A stretch of DNA of 32,000 bases from assembly GCF_008065095.1 (NCBI RefSeq), contig NZ_CP042911.1, forward strand, positions 750,001-782,000. The letters are read 5' to 3'. The stretch's first letter is position 1; the number at the start of each line of letters is the position of its first letter. Positions 15,968 to 24,273 of this stretch are shown here, in pieces. The DNA is from Gemmata obscuriglobus. Its GTDB lineage: Bacteria > Planctomycetota > Planctomycetia > Gemmatales > Gemmataceae. The notes beneath the pieces were generated by a model, which did not search any database, was not told the DNA's origin, and saw only the letters and a list, made by a program, of their open reading frames with translations. A program made the position numbers and the translations under genes.

Positions 15968-16399
15968 ATGATCCGCGTGGCCCGTGTCCTGTACCCGACC
16001 GACTTTTCGAGCTACTCGAACTTGGCCTACTTTCACGCCGTCGCGCTGGCCGAAGCGCACGGGGCGACACTGGCCGCGGTTCACGTTTACGCCCCCGGGA
16101 CCGGCCTCACCCGCGAGCAGGCCAAGGGGCTGCTCGAGCAGGTGCGCCCGGCGAACCCGAAGATTTCGGTCAGCCACGTGCTGCTGGAGGGCGACCCGGC
16201 CTCGGAGATCACCCGCTACGCCGCGGACGCCGGGATCGACCTGATCGTGATCGGCACCCACGGCCGAACGGGCGTGGAGCGGCTGGTGATGGGCAGCGTG
16301 GCCGAGCGCGTGATGTGCGAGTCCGCGTGCTCGGTGCTCGTGGTGAAACTGCCGAAGGGGGCGGTCGGCGCGGAGCCGGCGGCCGAAGTCCGCGCTTGA
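15968..16399 (+). CDS. Universal stress protein (UspA family)
   Basis: VLYPTDFS...DLIVIGTHGRTGVERLVMGSVAERVMCESACSVLVV is the canonical USP ATP-binding C-terminal motif. Confidence 0.9.
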   Translation: MIRVARVLYPTDFSSYSNLAYFHAVALAEAHGATLAAVHVYAPGTGLTREQAKGLLEQVRPANPKISVSHVLLEGDPASEITRYAADAGIDLIVIGTHGRTGVERLVMGSVAERVMCESACSVLVVKLPKGAVGAEPAAEVRA

Positions 16400-16416
16400 C
16401 CACCGGAGGTCCGTAC

Positions 16417-17310
16417 GTGTCCGCTGCCGACCCGCCCGAAGACGAGCCGACCCCGCAGTTCCCCGCGGCGTTCCGATCCGCGGTCGCGGGCCGGCTCGCG
16501 GCCGGCGGGTACGCGGTCGCGAGCTGGGAGCCGAGCGGGGTGAACGTGCGCCCGCCGGGGGGCGGCGACGAGCAGTACATCGGGCTGGCGAACCTGTACC
16601 GCCGCGCGAAGGCCGCCGGCCCGGCCGAGTGGCCCGAGCTGATCGACGGGTTCCTCGACCGGCTCGCCCGGGCGGTCGCCGCGCCCGACATCCCGCACGA
16701 CCTCATGACCGTCGCGGACCGGCTGCGCCCGCGGCTCGGGCGGCCGTTCGACAAGCGCGCGGCCCACCCGTGGGGCATCCCGCTCCCGGGCACCGGGCTG
16801 GAAATCACCCTGGTGGTGGACTTCCCGCACACGATGGCGTTCGTCACCGACGAGATGCTGAAGCGCTCGCGGAAGCGGGGCGAGGACCTGCTCGACATCG
16901 CGGTCGAGAACCTGCGGAACGCGACCGCGGCGGACTTCTTCGACCGCGCCTCGCCGGACCACGACATCTACTTGGGGCACACCGGCGACAGCTACGACGC
17001 GGCCCGCGCGCTGCTCGTGGAGGAACTCATGCCGGACTCGCCGGCGGGGTTCTGGGTGGCCGTTCCGAGCCGGGACGAACTCGCCGTGTGGCCGGTGTCG
17101 TTCCCGGCGATCAAGGACGTTCACGGGCTGCACCTGTTCGCGGTGGAGAACTTCCGCGAGCACGCGTACCCGATCACCGACGACGTGTTCTGGGTGTGGC
17201 ACGGGGTGTGGCACCCGTTCATCACACTTAAGGACGGCGACTCGGTGATCGACCCGCCGGAGCTGTTCGTCGAGGCGCTCCAGGCGCTTGAGGGGCCGAA
17301 ACCCGAGTGA
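16417..17310 (+). CDS. Hypothetical protein with no confidently recognised domain
   Basis: GTG 16417 lies 7 nt after GGAGGT (16405-16410) and 17 nt after the USP stop. Third-position G/C bias and amino-acid composition look like real coding sequence. The competing minus-strand ORFs are Arg/Pro-rich shadows. Confidence 0.6.
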   Translation: MSAADPPEDEPTPQFPAAFRSAVAGRLAAGGYAVASWEPSGVNVRPPGGGDEQYIGLANLYRRAKAAGPAEWPELIDGFLDRLARAVAAPDIPHDLMTVADRLRPRLGRPFDKRAAHPWGIPLPGTGLEITLVVDFPHTMAFVTDEMLKRSRKRGEDLLDIAVENLRNATAADFFDRASPDHDIYLGHTGDSYDAARALLVEELMPDSPAGFWVAVPSRDELAVWPVSFPAIKDVHGLHLFAVENFREHAYPITDDVFWVWHGVWHPFITLKDGDSVIDPPELFVEALQALEGPKPE

Positions 17311-17492
17311 CGCTATGGGGGCCTGAACCGGATCAGAAACCCGGCCCCTCCCCCAACGCGCTCGTGTGGCCCTCGCCTGAACATAACTGCGCGGCCCCGC
17401 CTTCCCCGCAACTTGACATTTCACCTTCTTGCTGGCGACCGTGTGGCCGGTTTGATAGGCTTTAGCACACCGCCCCTACCGGAGGCCCTCGC

Positions 17493-18227
17493 ATGCGCGT
17501 CCTCTCCGCGTTCTTGCTCTGCGCGTCCTTCTTCTCCTTGCTCACGCCGTCCCGCGCGGACGACAAACCGAAAACCGGGTTCATCGACAAGACATTCAAG
17601 AACGCCGACGGCACCACCTCGCCCTACGTCGTGTTCGTCCCCCACACCTACGACGGCACGAAGGAGTACCCGACGGTCCTGTTCTTACACGGCTCCGGCG
17701 AAACCAAGGGCGGGAAGAAGATGCCGGTCGAGGTGGGCCTCGGCACGGCGATCAAAAAGCGTGAAAAAGACTTCCCCTTCATTGTCGTGATCCCGCAGTC
17801 CGAAAAACGGACGTGGCAGGCGACCTCCGGCGACGCCAAACGCGCCCTCGCGATGCTCGACGAGGTGCAAAAGGCGTACAAGACCGACCCGAAGCGCCAG
17901 TACCTGACCGGGCTGTCGATGGGCGGCTTCGGGACGTGGAGCATCGCCACGACCTACCCGGACCGCTGGGCCGCGATCGTTCCGGTCTGCGGCGGCGGCA
18001 ATGTGAAGAGCGCGGAGAAGATCAAGGACGTCCCGACGTGGGTGTTCCACGGCGACGCCGACACCGCGGTGAAGGTGGACCTCTCGCGCGAAATGGTGGA
18101 CGCGATCAAGAAGGCCGGCGGCAGCCCCAAATACACCGAGTACCCGAAGGTCGGGCACAACTCGTGGGACGCGGCCTACGACACCGACGAACTGTACAAG
18201 TGGCTGCTCGAACAGAAAAAGAAGTGA
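17493..18227 (+). CDS. Secreted alpha/beta-hydrolase (esterase / PHB-depolymerase-like / predicted peptidase family)
   Basis: Signal peptide MRVLSAFLLCASFFSLLTPSRA. Nucleophile elbow GLSMGG. HGDADTAV and VGHNSW supply the Asp and His of the triad. GGAGG lies upstream at 17481-17485. Confidence 0.8.
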   Translation: MRVLSAFLLCASFFSLLTPSRADDKPKTGFIDKTFKNADGTTSPYVVFVPHTYDGTKEYPTVLFLHGSGETKGGKKMPVEVGLGTAIKKREKDFPFIVVIPQSEKRTWQATSGDAKRALAMLDEVQKAYKTDPKRQYLTGLSMGGFGTWSIATTYPDRWAAIVPVCGGGNVKSAEKIKDVPTWVFHGDADTAVKVDLSREMVDAIKKAGGSPKYTEYPKVGHNSWDAAYDTDELYKWLLEQKKK

Positions 18228-18354
18228 GCACCTGGGTTCTCCGACTCGTGACCGATGATTTTCCGAGCCAGACGACGGGCCTGTGACCATTGAGAAGGTA
18301 GCACCGATCGCCGGTGACGGGTCCGTGGTCTGAATCCTCCCGCAGGAGCTGCGA

Positions 18355-19893
18355 ATGTCGAACTCGAACGTGAACCGCCGGGCGTTCATCGCCGGCACCG
18401 CCGCGGCCGGGGCCGCGATGTCCCTTCCGGCCGCCAGTTACGCGCGGATCAAGGCCGCCAACGAGAAGCTGCGGGTCGGCTTCCTCGGCGTCGGCGGCCG
18501 GTGCCAGCAGCACATCGGTGTCATCCTTCAGATGCAGAAGGAAGGCAAGGCGGTCGCGCCGGCCGCGGTGTGCGACGTGTGGGACGGCGAGGTGAAGAAG
18601 GGCGTGATCCAGGGGCGCGGGCTGTACCCGTCGGCCGAGAAGTGCGGGCTCGACAAGAGGGACAAGAACCACGTCAGCAAAGACTACCGCACGATCCTCG
18701 ACCAGAAGGACGTGGACCTGGTGTGCATCGCCACCCCGGACCACTGGCACGCGCGCATGGCGATCGACGCCATGAACGCGGGCAAGGACGTGTACATGGA
18801 GAAGCCGATGACCAAGACGATCGCCGAAGCGATCGCGGTCGTCGACACGGCGGTGAAGACCAACAAGGTGGTCACCGTCGGCGTGCAGAGCATGGCCGAC
18901 CCGACCTGGCTCGCGGCGCACGAGTACGTCGCCGCCGGCAACATCGGTAAGGTGATGCAGGGGCAGACCAGCTACTTCCGCAACAGCTCGGTCGGCCAGT
19001 GGCGGTACTACCCGCTCACCAAGGACATGACGCCGAAGACCATCGACTGGGACATGTGGCTGGGCCACGCGTTCAAGGGCGTGGACGGCGAGCCCCTCGG
19101 GCCGACCCCGGACGCGCAGCCGTTCGACCGCGCCGTCTGGGCGCAGTGGCGGTGCTACTGGCCGTTCGGCGGCGGCATGTACACGGACCTCTTCGTCCAC
19201 CAGACGACGCACATGATCGCGGCCATGGGCCTGCGGTTCCCGGCCCGCGTCGTGGGCGCCGGCGGCCTGTACCTCGAGTACGACGGCCGCGACGTGCCGG
19301 ACGTGGCCACCGTGGTGGCCGACTACGACGAGGGGTGCCAGTTCATCGTCGGCGCGACGATGTGTAACGACGTGCAGTTCGGCGAGATGATCCGCGGCCA
19401 CCTCGCGACCATCAAGTTCGACGGCGGCGGCGACTTCATCAAGGGCTTCTCGGTGTACGGCCAGAACATCGCCGGCGGCCCCGCCAAGCCGAAGAGCAAC
19501 GGGGGCGAGGAGAAGCCGGTTCACGTGTTCGCCAACCCGAAGAAGGGCGACGCCACCTACGCCCTGTGGGAGAACTTCCTCGAGTGCGTCCGCGAGCGCA
19601 AGCGCGAGACGCTCAGCACCCCGGAACTCGGCGCCGCGGCGTTCGCCACGGTCAACATGGGCGTGCAGAGCTATCGGTACGGCAAGGTGCTGTTCTGGGA
19701 CAAGGAAAAGCGCGCCCCGAAGGAAGCGGACCAGTCGTGGGCCGGCCAGTGGGAGGCCCGCAGCAAGAAGCGCGGCAAGCCGAACCAAATCATGGGCTGG
19801 AACGCCGGCGACAAGGGCAGCCTGCTGCAACCGCCGGACTACCAGAAGCTCGAAGGCCCGTGGGTCGGCGGCAAGGACCCGGCCGGCGAGTAA
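18355..19893 (+). CDS. Gfo/Idh/MocA-family oxidoreductase with a twin-arginine signal
   Basis: NRRAFIAGTAAAGAAMSLPA is a TAT motif. LRVGFLGVGGRCQQHI is a Rossmann GxGxxG. IATPDHWH and VYMEKPM are family motifs. Confidence 0.85.
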   Translation: MSNSNVNRRAFIAGTAAAGAAMSLPAASYARIKAANEKLRVGFLGVGGRCQQHIGVILQMQKEGKAVAPAAVCDVWDGEVKKGVIQGRGLYPSAEKCGLDKRDKNHVSKDYRTILDQKDVDLVCIATPDHWHARMAIDAMNAGKDVYMEKPMTKTIAEAIAVVDTAVKTNKVVTVGVQSMADPTWLAAHEYVAAGNIGKVMQGQTSYFRNSSVGQWRYYPLTKDMTPKTIDWDMWLGHAFKGVDGEPLGPTPDAQPFDRAVWAQWRCYWPFGGGMYTDLFVHQTTHMIAAMGLRFPARVVGAGGLYLEYDGRDVPDVATVVADYDEGCQFIVGATMCNDVQFGEMIRGHLATIKFDGGGDFIKGFSVYGQNIAGGPAKPKSNGGEEKPVHVFANPKKGDATYALWENFLECVRERKRETLSTPELGAAAFATVNMGVQSYRYGKVLFWDKEKRAPKEADQSWAGQWEARSKKRGKPNQIMGWNAGDKGSLLQPPDYQKLEGPWVGGKDPAGE

Positions 19894-19908
19894 TTTAAGT
19901 TGAGTTCA

Positions 19909-19946
19909 CCGGCCCCGGACGCTCCAGTTGGAACGACCGGGGCCGG
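19909..19946 (+). terminator. GC-rich hairpin after the oxidoreductase gene
   Basis: CCGGCCCCGG (19909-19918) pairs with CCGGGGCCGG (19937-19946). An inner TCCA/TGGA pairing lies inside the loop. The hairpin starts 16 nt after the stop. Confidence 0.5.
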
Positions 19947-19960
19947 CTCGTTGCGCCTTC

Positions 19961-20203
19961 TGTGTCGGGCCGGTTCAGCTCGCTGCGTTGCAGCAGGCCG
20001 ATGTTGCGTCGGCCGAGCGTTTGTCCGGCAATGCGTCGCGGGGAAGGCTGTTCCAGCACCGCTTCCTGGCCCAGGGTATATACCGGGCAACCGGTCTGGA
20101 ACAACCTCGCAGTACGCGGTTCCGGTTGCCCGGTATATACCCTGGGCCAGGCGGTGCCGTGAGCCTTCCGCGCCACAGGTTACGAAGTGGACGGCCCGAC
20201 ACA
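19961..20203. repeat. ~243-bp imperfect palindrome with a 30-bp perfect inverted-repeat core
   Basis: Core arms 20065-20094 (CCTGGCCCAGGGTATATACCGGGCAACCGG) and 20122-20151 are exact reverse complements, separated by 27 nt. Flanking complementary blocks are 20056-20061/20152-20157, 20042-20049/20162-20169, and the outer 19961-19972 (TGTGTCGGGCCG)/20192-20203. Confidence 0.8.
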
Positions 20204-20258
20204 GCATCTTCAGCGAGCGGCGTGAGCCCGCCGGCACACCGCTTGCCCCGAACACGTC

Positions 20259-21038
20259 ATGACTCCCCTCGCGGACACCCACGTTCACCTGCTCGCCGGC
20301 CTCGACGACGGCCCGGAGACCCCGGATGTCGCGCTCGCGATGTGCCGGACGCTCGTTTCCCAAGGCGTCGGATACGTAACCGCGCTCGCACATCAGAACC
20401 CGGACTACCCCGAGAACACCGCGGACCGGCTCCGCGCGGCCGCGACACAACTCGCGGTCGCGCTGCGCGAAAAGAAGATCCCGCTGTCGGTCCACCCCGC
20501 CGGCGAGGTCATGCTCTCCGCGGACACACTCGACGAGTGGCGGAGCGGGGCCCTCATGTCGGTCGGCGACCACCGGCAGTGGCTCCTGGTCGAAATGCCG
20601 CACGACGGGTTTCTCGACGTGCTCCCGCTTGCGGGCGCGCTCCGCCCGGAGGGCGTGGGGCTCATTATCGCACACGCGGAGCGGTACCCCCCGCTGCTCG
20701 ACGATCCGGTCCTGACGCGCGAATGGATCGCGGCGGGGTGCCTGATTCAGGTGACGGCCCGGGCGCTCGCGGAGGCCGAAGGAGAGGAGGAGAACGCGCT
20801 GCGGCGCTGGGCGACCGACGGGTTCATTCACCTGCTCGGGTCCGACGGGCACGGCATCGACCGCCGCCGCCCGGAGCTGACAGCCGGCTTCCAGCGGCTC
20901 ACAAAATGGATCGGGCGCCGGCACGCAGAAGGGATCGCGTGCGCCCGCGGCGAGGCCGTGCTGCGTGGCGAACCCGTGGTCGTTCCCCCACCGGCCCCGA
21001 TCCGGCGAAGCTGGCTCGCGCGGCTGTTCGGGGCATGA
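20259..21038 (+). CDS. PHP-domain protein-tyrosine phosphatase (CpsB/CapC/YwqE family)
   Basis: The N-terminal DTHVHLLAGLDDGPET matches the DxHxHxLPGxDDG signature. AHAERY and LLGSDGHG are the later metal-ligand motifs. Confidence 0.8.
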   Translation: MTPLADTHVHLLAGLDDGPETPDVALAMCRTLVSQGVGYVTALAHQNPDYPENTADRLRAAATQLAVALREKKIPLSVHPAGEVMLSADTLDEWRSGALMSVGDHRQWLLVEMPHDGFLDVLPLAGALRPEGVGLIIAHAERYPPLLDDPVLTREWIAAGCLIQVTARALAEAEGEEENALRRWATDGFIHLLGSDGHGIDRRRPELTAGFQRLTKWIGRRHAEGIACARGEAVLRGEPVVVPPPAPIRRSWLARLFGA

Positions 21039-21063
21039 CGCGTCGAACTCTGTGTCTGCGCAC

Positions 21064-22608
21064 TCAACGCGGGTCGATCCGTCGCACCACGAGGCGGTCC
21101 CGCTTCGCGGTTATTGTGATGAACAACTTCGCCTGGGGGATCAGGAAGAAGTGCTGGTCGCACGCGACGTTCACGTTGCCGCTGAACGCGTCCACCATCC
21201 CCTCGAACTCGGGCAAATCGCTCAGCACCGTTGTGCCCGGTGCAGCGGCCTCGGAGTTGCGCCCTTTGTGGACGCTCACCGCGAGGGTTTTCTGTTGGTT
21301 CGGCGCGAACCCGACGGTTTGCGGAGCGACCTTCAGGAAGTAGTCTTTGCTCGACACGGACGGCACGAACCACACGCCGCTGCTCGCGCCGATCCCGCCG
21401 ACCCGCTGGTCCTGATACGCCTTGCTGACCACGATGCCGTTACCGTAGAAGTTTCCGTCCACGCCGGGGTACGGGACCGGGTAGCTGTCGGCCGAGACCT
21501 GCCACTTGCGGTTCTGATTGGTTAGCAGTATGGCGTTCTGGCGGCTGTGAAGCCCGTCGTAGGTCGAGAAGGCGGTGCCGTCGGGGGCGGCGCGGAGGCA
21601 CCGGTCGTGCCAGTGGACGCCCAGCTTGCCGGACGCGCCTTCGACTTCCGTGATGCCGCTCGCGCCGATGTCCCAGAGCTTCACCTCTCCGAACACTTCG
21701 ACGGTCGCCATCGGCCCGTTGGTCCGCGAGCCCATCGCCATCCCGCGGATGCCGCCGGGGCCGGTCGAATCGTACTCCTTGGTAAGTCCCGGGAGAGCAT
21801 ACACGCGGAAGATGCGGGAGTTCGGCGCGGCCAGCACGACCTTTGAGACCCCGGCGGTCAGGTGCGCGTCGCCGGTGTCGGCCGGGACGGTCGCGGTGAA
21901 CTGCCCGGCGCTGGTGTCGAACACGGTGAGCTGCCCCTTGTCCGGAAGGTGCATCACAAGGTACCGCCCGCCGCCGCCGACCGCGACCGTGCCCACCCGT
22001 TCGAGTTTGACGGTCGCGGGGTCCGCTTCGAGCGGTGCCGGGGTGATCGACGGCAGCGCCACGGTAACCGGGCGCAGGTCGAACGTGTCCTTGGGCTGGG
22101 GGGGGATGAACGGACTGTTCGGCGGGACGAACGTGTTCCTTGGCGGGTTAAACGTGTTGTTCTGCGGGGTGAACGTGTTGCTCGGCGGGTTCACCCGGTT
22201 GATGGCGGGCGGGTTCGTTCCCGGCCGCTTGTAAGTGGCCGGGACCGTGGTGCCGATCAACCCGAACAGCACCCACGCGGTGAGGCCCAGCCCGCCGAGC
22301 ACCATCAGCATCCCGCACCCGCCGCTGAGCAGGACGATGGCCGCGGACCCGCTCGCACGCCGGGGCTCGGCGTCTTCGCCGTCGATGTCTCTTTTCGTTC
22401 GGGGCCGCGGCAGTTCGGGAGCGGGCAGCGCGCCGGGCGTGACGTGCAGTTCGTGTCGCGGCTGGCCGGGCTCGGGCGGCGCCGCCGGCTTGCGGAACTC
22501 GACGATCATCTCGGCGTCGCAGTGCGGGCACGCGGCGGTAAAAGCGGTGCGCGACTCGGTGACCGGGAACGTCGCCTCGCACGCGGGACACGTGACGTCT
22601 TGGGGCAT
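21064..22608 (-). CDS. Zinc-ribbon, TM, Pro/Asn heptad repeats, beta-rich (propeller-like) extracytoplasmic domain protein
   Basis: The start MPQDVTCPACEATFPV...AACPHCDAEM (complement of 22606-22608) is favoured over the maximal 22791. TM is AAIVLLSGGCGMLMVLGGLGLTAWVLFGLIG. A repeat tract reads NPPSNTFTPQNNTFNPPRNTFVPPNSPFIPP. About 330 aa of Gly/Val/Thr-rich, beta-strand-like sequence follow. Confidence 0.7.
   Translation of the reverse strand: MPQDVTCPACEATFPVTESRTAFTAACPHCDAEMIVEFRKPAAPPEPGQPRHELHVTPGALPAPELPRPRTKRDIDGEDAEPRRASGSAAIVLLSGGCGMLMVLGGLGLTAWVLFGLIGTTVPATYKRPGTNPPAINRVNPPSNTFTPQNNTFNPPRNTFVPPNSPFIPPQPKDTFDLRPVTVALPSITPAPLEADPATVKLERVGTVAVGGGGRYLVMHLPDKGQLTVFDTSAGQFTATVPADTGDAHLTAGVSKVVLAAPNSRIFRVYALPGLTKEYDSTGPGGIRGMAMGSRTNGPMATVEVFGEVKLWDIGASGITEVEGASGKLGVHWHDRCLRAAPDGTAFSTYDGLHSRQNAILLTNQNRKWQVSADSYPVPYPGVDGNFYGNGIVVSKAYQDQRVGGIGASSGVWFVPSVSSKDYFLKVAPQTVGFAPNQQKTLAVSVHKGRNSEAAAPGTTVLSDLPEFEGMVDAFSGNVNVACDQHFFLIPQAKLFITITAKRDRLVVRRIDPR
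22103..22207. repeat. Five tandem ~21-bp repeats inside CDS 21064..22608
   Basis: Units start at 22103, 22124, 22145, 22166 and 22187 (GGGxxGAACGTGTTxxxxGGC on the + strand). On the minus strand they encode 7-residue N-T-F-x-P-P/Q-x repeats. Confidence 0.7.
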
Positions 22609-23129
22609 CGGAGCACTCGGGGCGCGGGTAACAGGGCGCTCGACGGTGTTATTGTTCCGAATCGGCCGCGCGAGTGCAAGCACGGGCGGGACGGTGTTGC
22701 GGGCCGCGCCGCGATTCGCTTGCCCCAACGCGCAAGGCGTTGATGACTGGACAATTCGGTACGCCGGTGGCTGAGATGATCGCGGCCGCACGGTTGAGGA
22801 CGTGTGGCACCAAAGCTTGCTGGAGGGGCTGCAGTCGGCGGGGCGCGTTTGGGGACGAGCCGCGCCCGCAAGGGCGCGGGATGCGTCGGCCGCTCCCTTG
22901 CCAGTGCTCTTGGGTGAGTGTGAGCAGTGTGCAGAACGGGCTCGCCTCCGACCGCTTCGACATCAACCCGAGTACGGTGCGCGTCACTCGGTCGCTCCGG
23001 GGCTTGGTTCGGTGGGGTTGTGCCGATGCGCGTGCCGTTCGTGTCGCGAACAGCTCATGCGTTCCGGCATGCCGGATGCTTCGCGAACAACGTTCCGATT
23101 CTCAACACGCTTGCGAAGGACACAGACCA

Positions 23130-23543
23130 ATGGCGAAGTCCAACAAAAGCCGCACCGGGGACGAGGCGGTGCGCACGGTCGGCGGCGCGGCGGGCGGGGC
23201 CGCGACCGGTGCGGCGGCCGGTGCGCTGCTCGGCCCGGTCACCGCGGCGGCCGGTGCGGTGCTCGGCGGCATCGTCGGCGCGTTTGCCGGTAAGAGCGCG
23301 GGCGGGGCGGAGTCGAACCCCAAAACGGTCGCGAAGAAGGCCGCGGCCACAGTGAAGAAGGCGGCGAAAGCCGTTGCGAAAACGGCTCGCGCCGAGCTGC
23401 CGGCCGCCAAGAGTGCGGCGAAGGCAACCGCCAAGAGCCCCGTCGCGAAGAAATCCGCCGCGAAGAACACGCCACCAAAATCGGCGGGTAAGAGTGCGGC
23501 CAAGAAGTCCACCGCGAAGAAGGTCGCGGCCAAGAAGAAATGA
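23130..23543 (+). CDS. Glycine-zipper N-terminus fused to a histone-H1-like Lys/Ala-rich tail
   Basis: MAKSNKSRTGDEAV, then GGAAGGAATGAAAGALLGPVTAAAGAVLGGIVGAFAG, then AKKAAATVKKAAKAVAKTA...AKKSAAKNTPPKSAGKSAAKKSTAKKVAAKKK. ATG 23130 is chosen within the track ORF 22674..23543. The upstream part of that ORF has non-coding-like composition. Confidence 0.65.
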   Translation: MAKSNKSRTGDEAVRTVGGAAGGAATGAAAGALLGPVTAAAGAVLGGIVGAFAGKSAGGAESNPKTVAKKAAATVKKAAKAVAKTARAELPAAKSAAKATAKSPVAKKSAAKNTPPKSAGKSAAKKSTAKKVAAKKK

Positions 23544-23618
23544 CCGGCCCACGCGCGGCGAACTTGAAACCCGGACGGCGCCGACCCAAACTAGCGTCAC
23601 CCCGCTGGAGCCGTCCGA

Positions 23619-24134
23619 ATGGAAGTTCTCATCACCGCCGACCAGGTCCGCGCGCGTGTGGACGAGATGGCCGCCGAGATCATGCGCGCCTACGACGGCA
23701 AGCCGGTCACGGTCGTGGGCATCCTGACCGGGTGCCTGATCTTCACCGCGGACCTCATACGCCGGATCGACCTGCCGCTGCGGGTCGCGTTCATCACCGC
23801 GTCCAGTTACCGGGGAACGACCACCGTTTCCGGTCTGCTGGAGATTCGTGACGATTTGCTGCCCGACATCGCCGGGCGCCACATCCTGCTGCTCGACGAC
23901 ATCCTCGACACCGGTAAGACGCTCGCCCGCGTCGTGGCGCATCTGATCGACCGCGGTGCGGCGTCGGTGAAGGTGGGGGTGCTGCTCCGCAAGCTCGGCC
24001 GCCAGGAAGTGCCGTTCGAGCCCGATTTCGTCGGGTTCCCGATCCCCGACAAGTTCGTGATCGGGTACGGGTTGGATTTCAACGACGAGTACCGGCACCT
24101 GCCGTTCATTGGGGTGCTGCAACCCGGTGAATAG
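23619..24134 (+). CDS. hpt: Hypoxanthine phosphoribosyltransferase
   Basis: VVGILTGCLIFTADLIR...ITASSYRG...HILLLDDILDTGKTL (PRPP-binding motif)...FVIGYGLDFNDEYRHLPFIGVL. Confidence 0.95.
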   Translation: MEVLITADQVRARVDEMAAEIMRAYDGKPVTVVGILTGCLIFTADLIRRIDLPLRVAFITASSYRGTTTVSGLLEIRDDLLPDIAGRHILLLDDILDTGKTLARVVAHLIDRGAASVKVGVLLRKLGRQEVPFEPDFVGFPIPDKFVIGYGLDFNDEYRHLPFIGVLQPGE

Positions 24135-24154
24135 GCCCAAGGCCAAGAGTGTTC

Positions 24155-24264
24155 GTGTTCACCGCAGCGGGCGCGAGAGGGCGCAGAGAAGAAGCCAAGA
24201 GCGGAGTCGCTTTCACTCTCTTGGCTTCTTCTCTGCGCCCTCTCGCGCTCGCTGCGGTGAACGC
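24155..24264. terminator. 110-nt hairpin with a ~47-bp stem between the convergent hpt and PhoD-like genes (likely bidirectional terminator, or a palindromic element)
   Basis: 24157-24201 pairs with 24218-24262 base for base. The only non-Watson-Crick position is g24170/t24249, which is a G-U pair in + strand RNA. 24155-24156 also pairs with 24263-24264. The loop is about 16 nt. The hairpin fills nearly the whole 139-nt gap between the two stop codons. Confidence 0.8.
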
Positions 24265-24273
24265 TCCTCTGCC

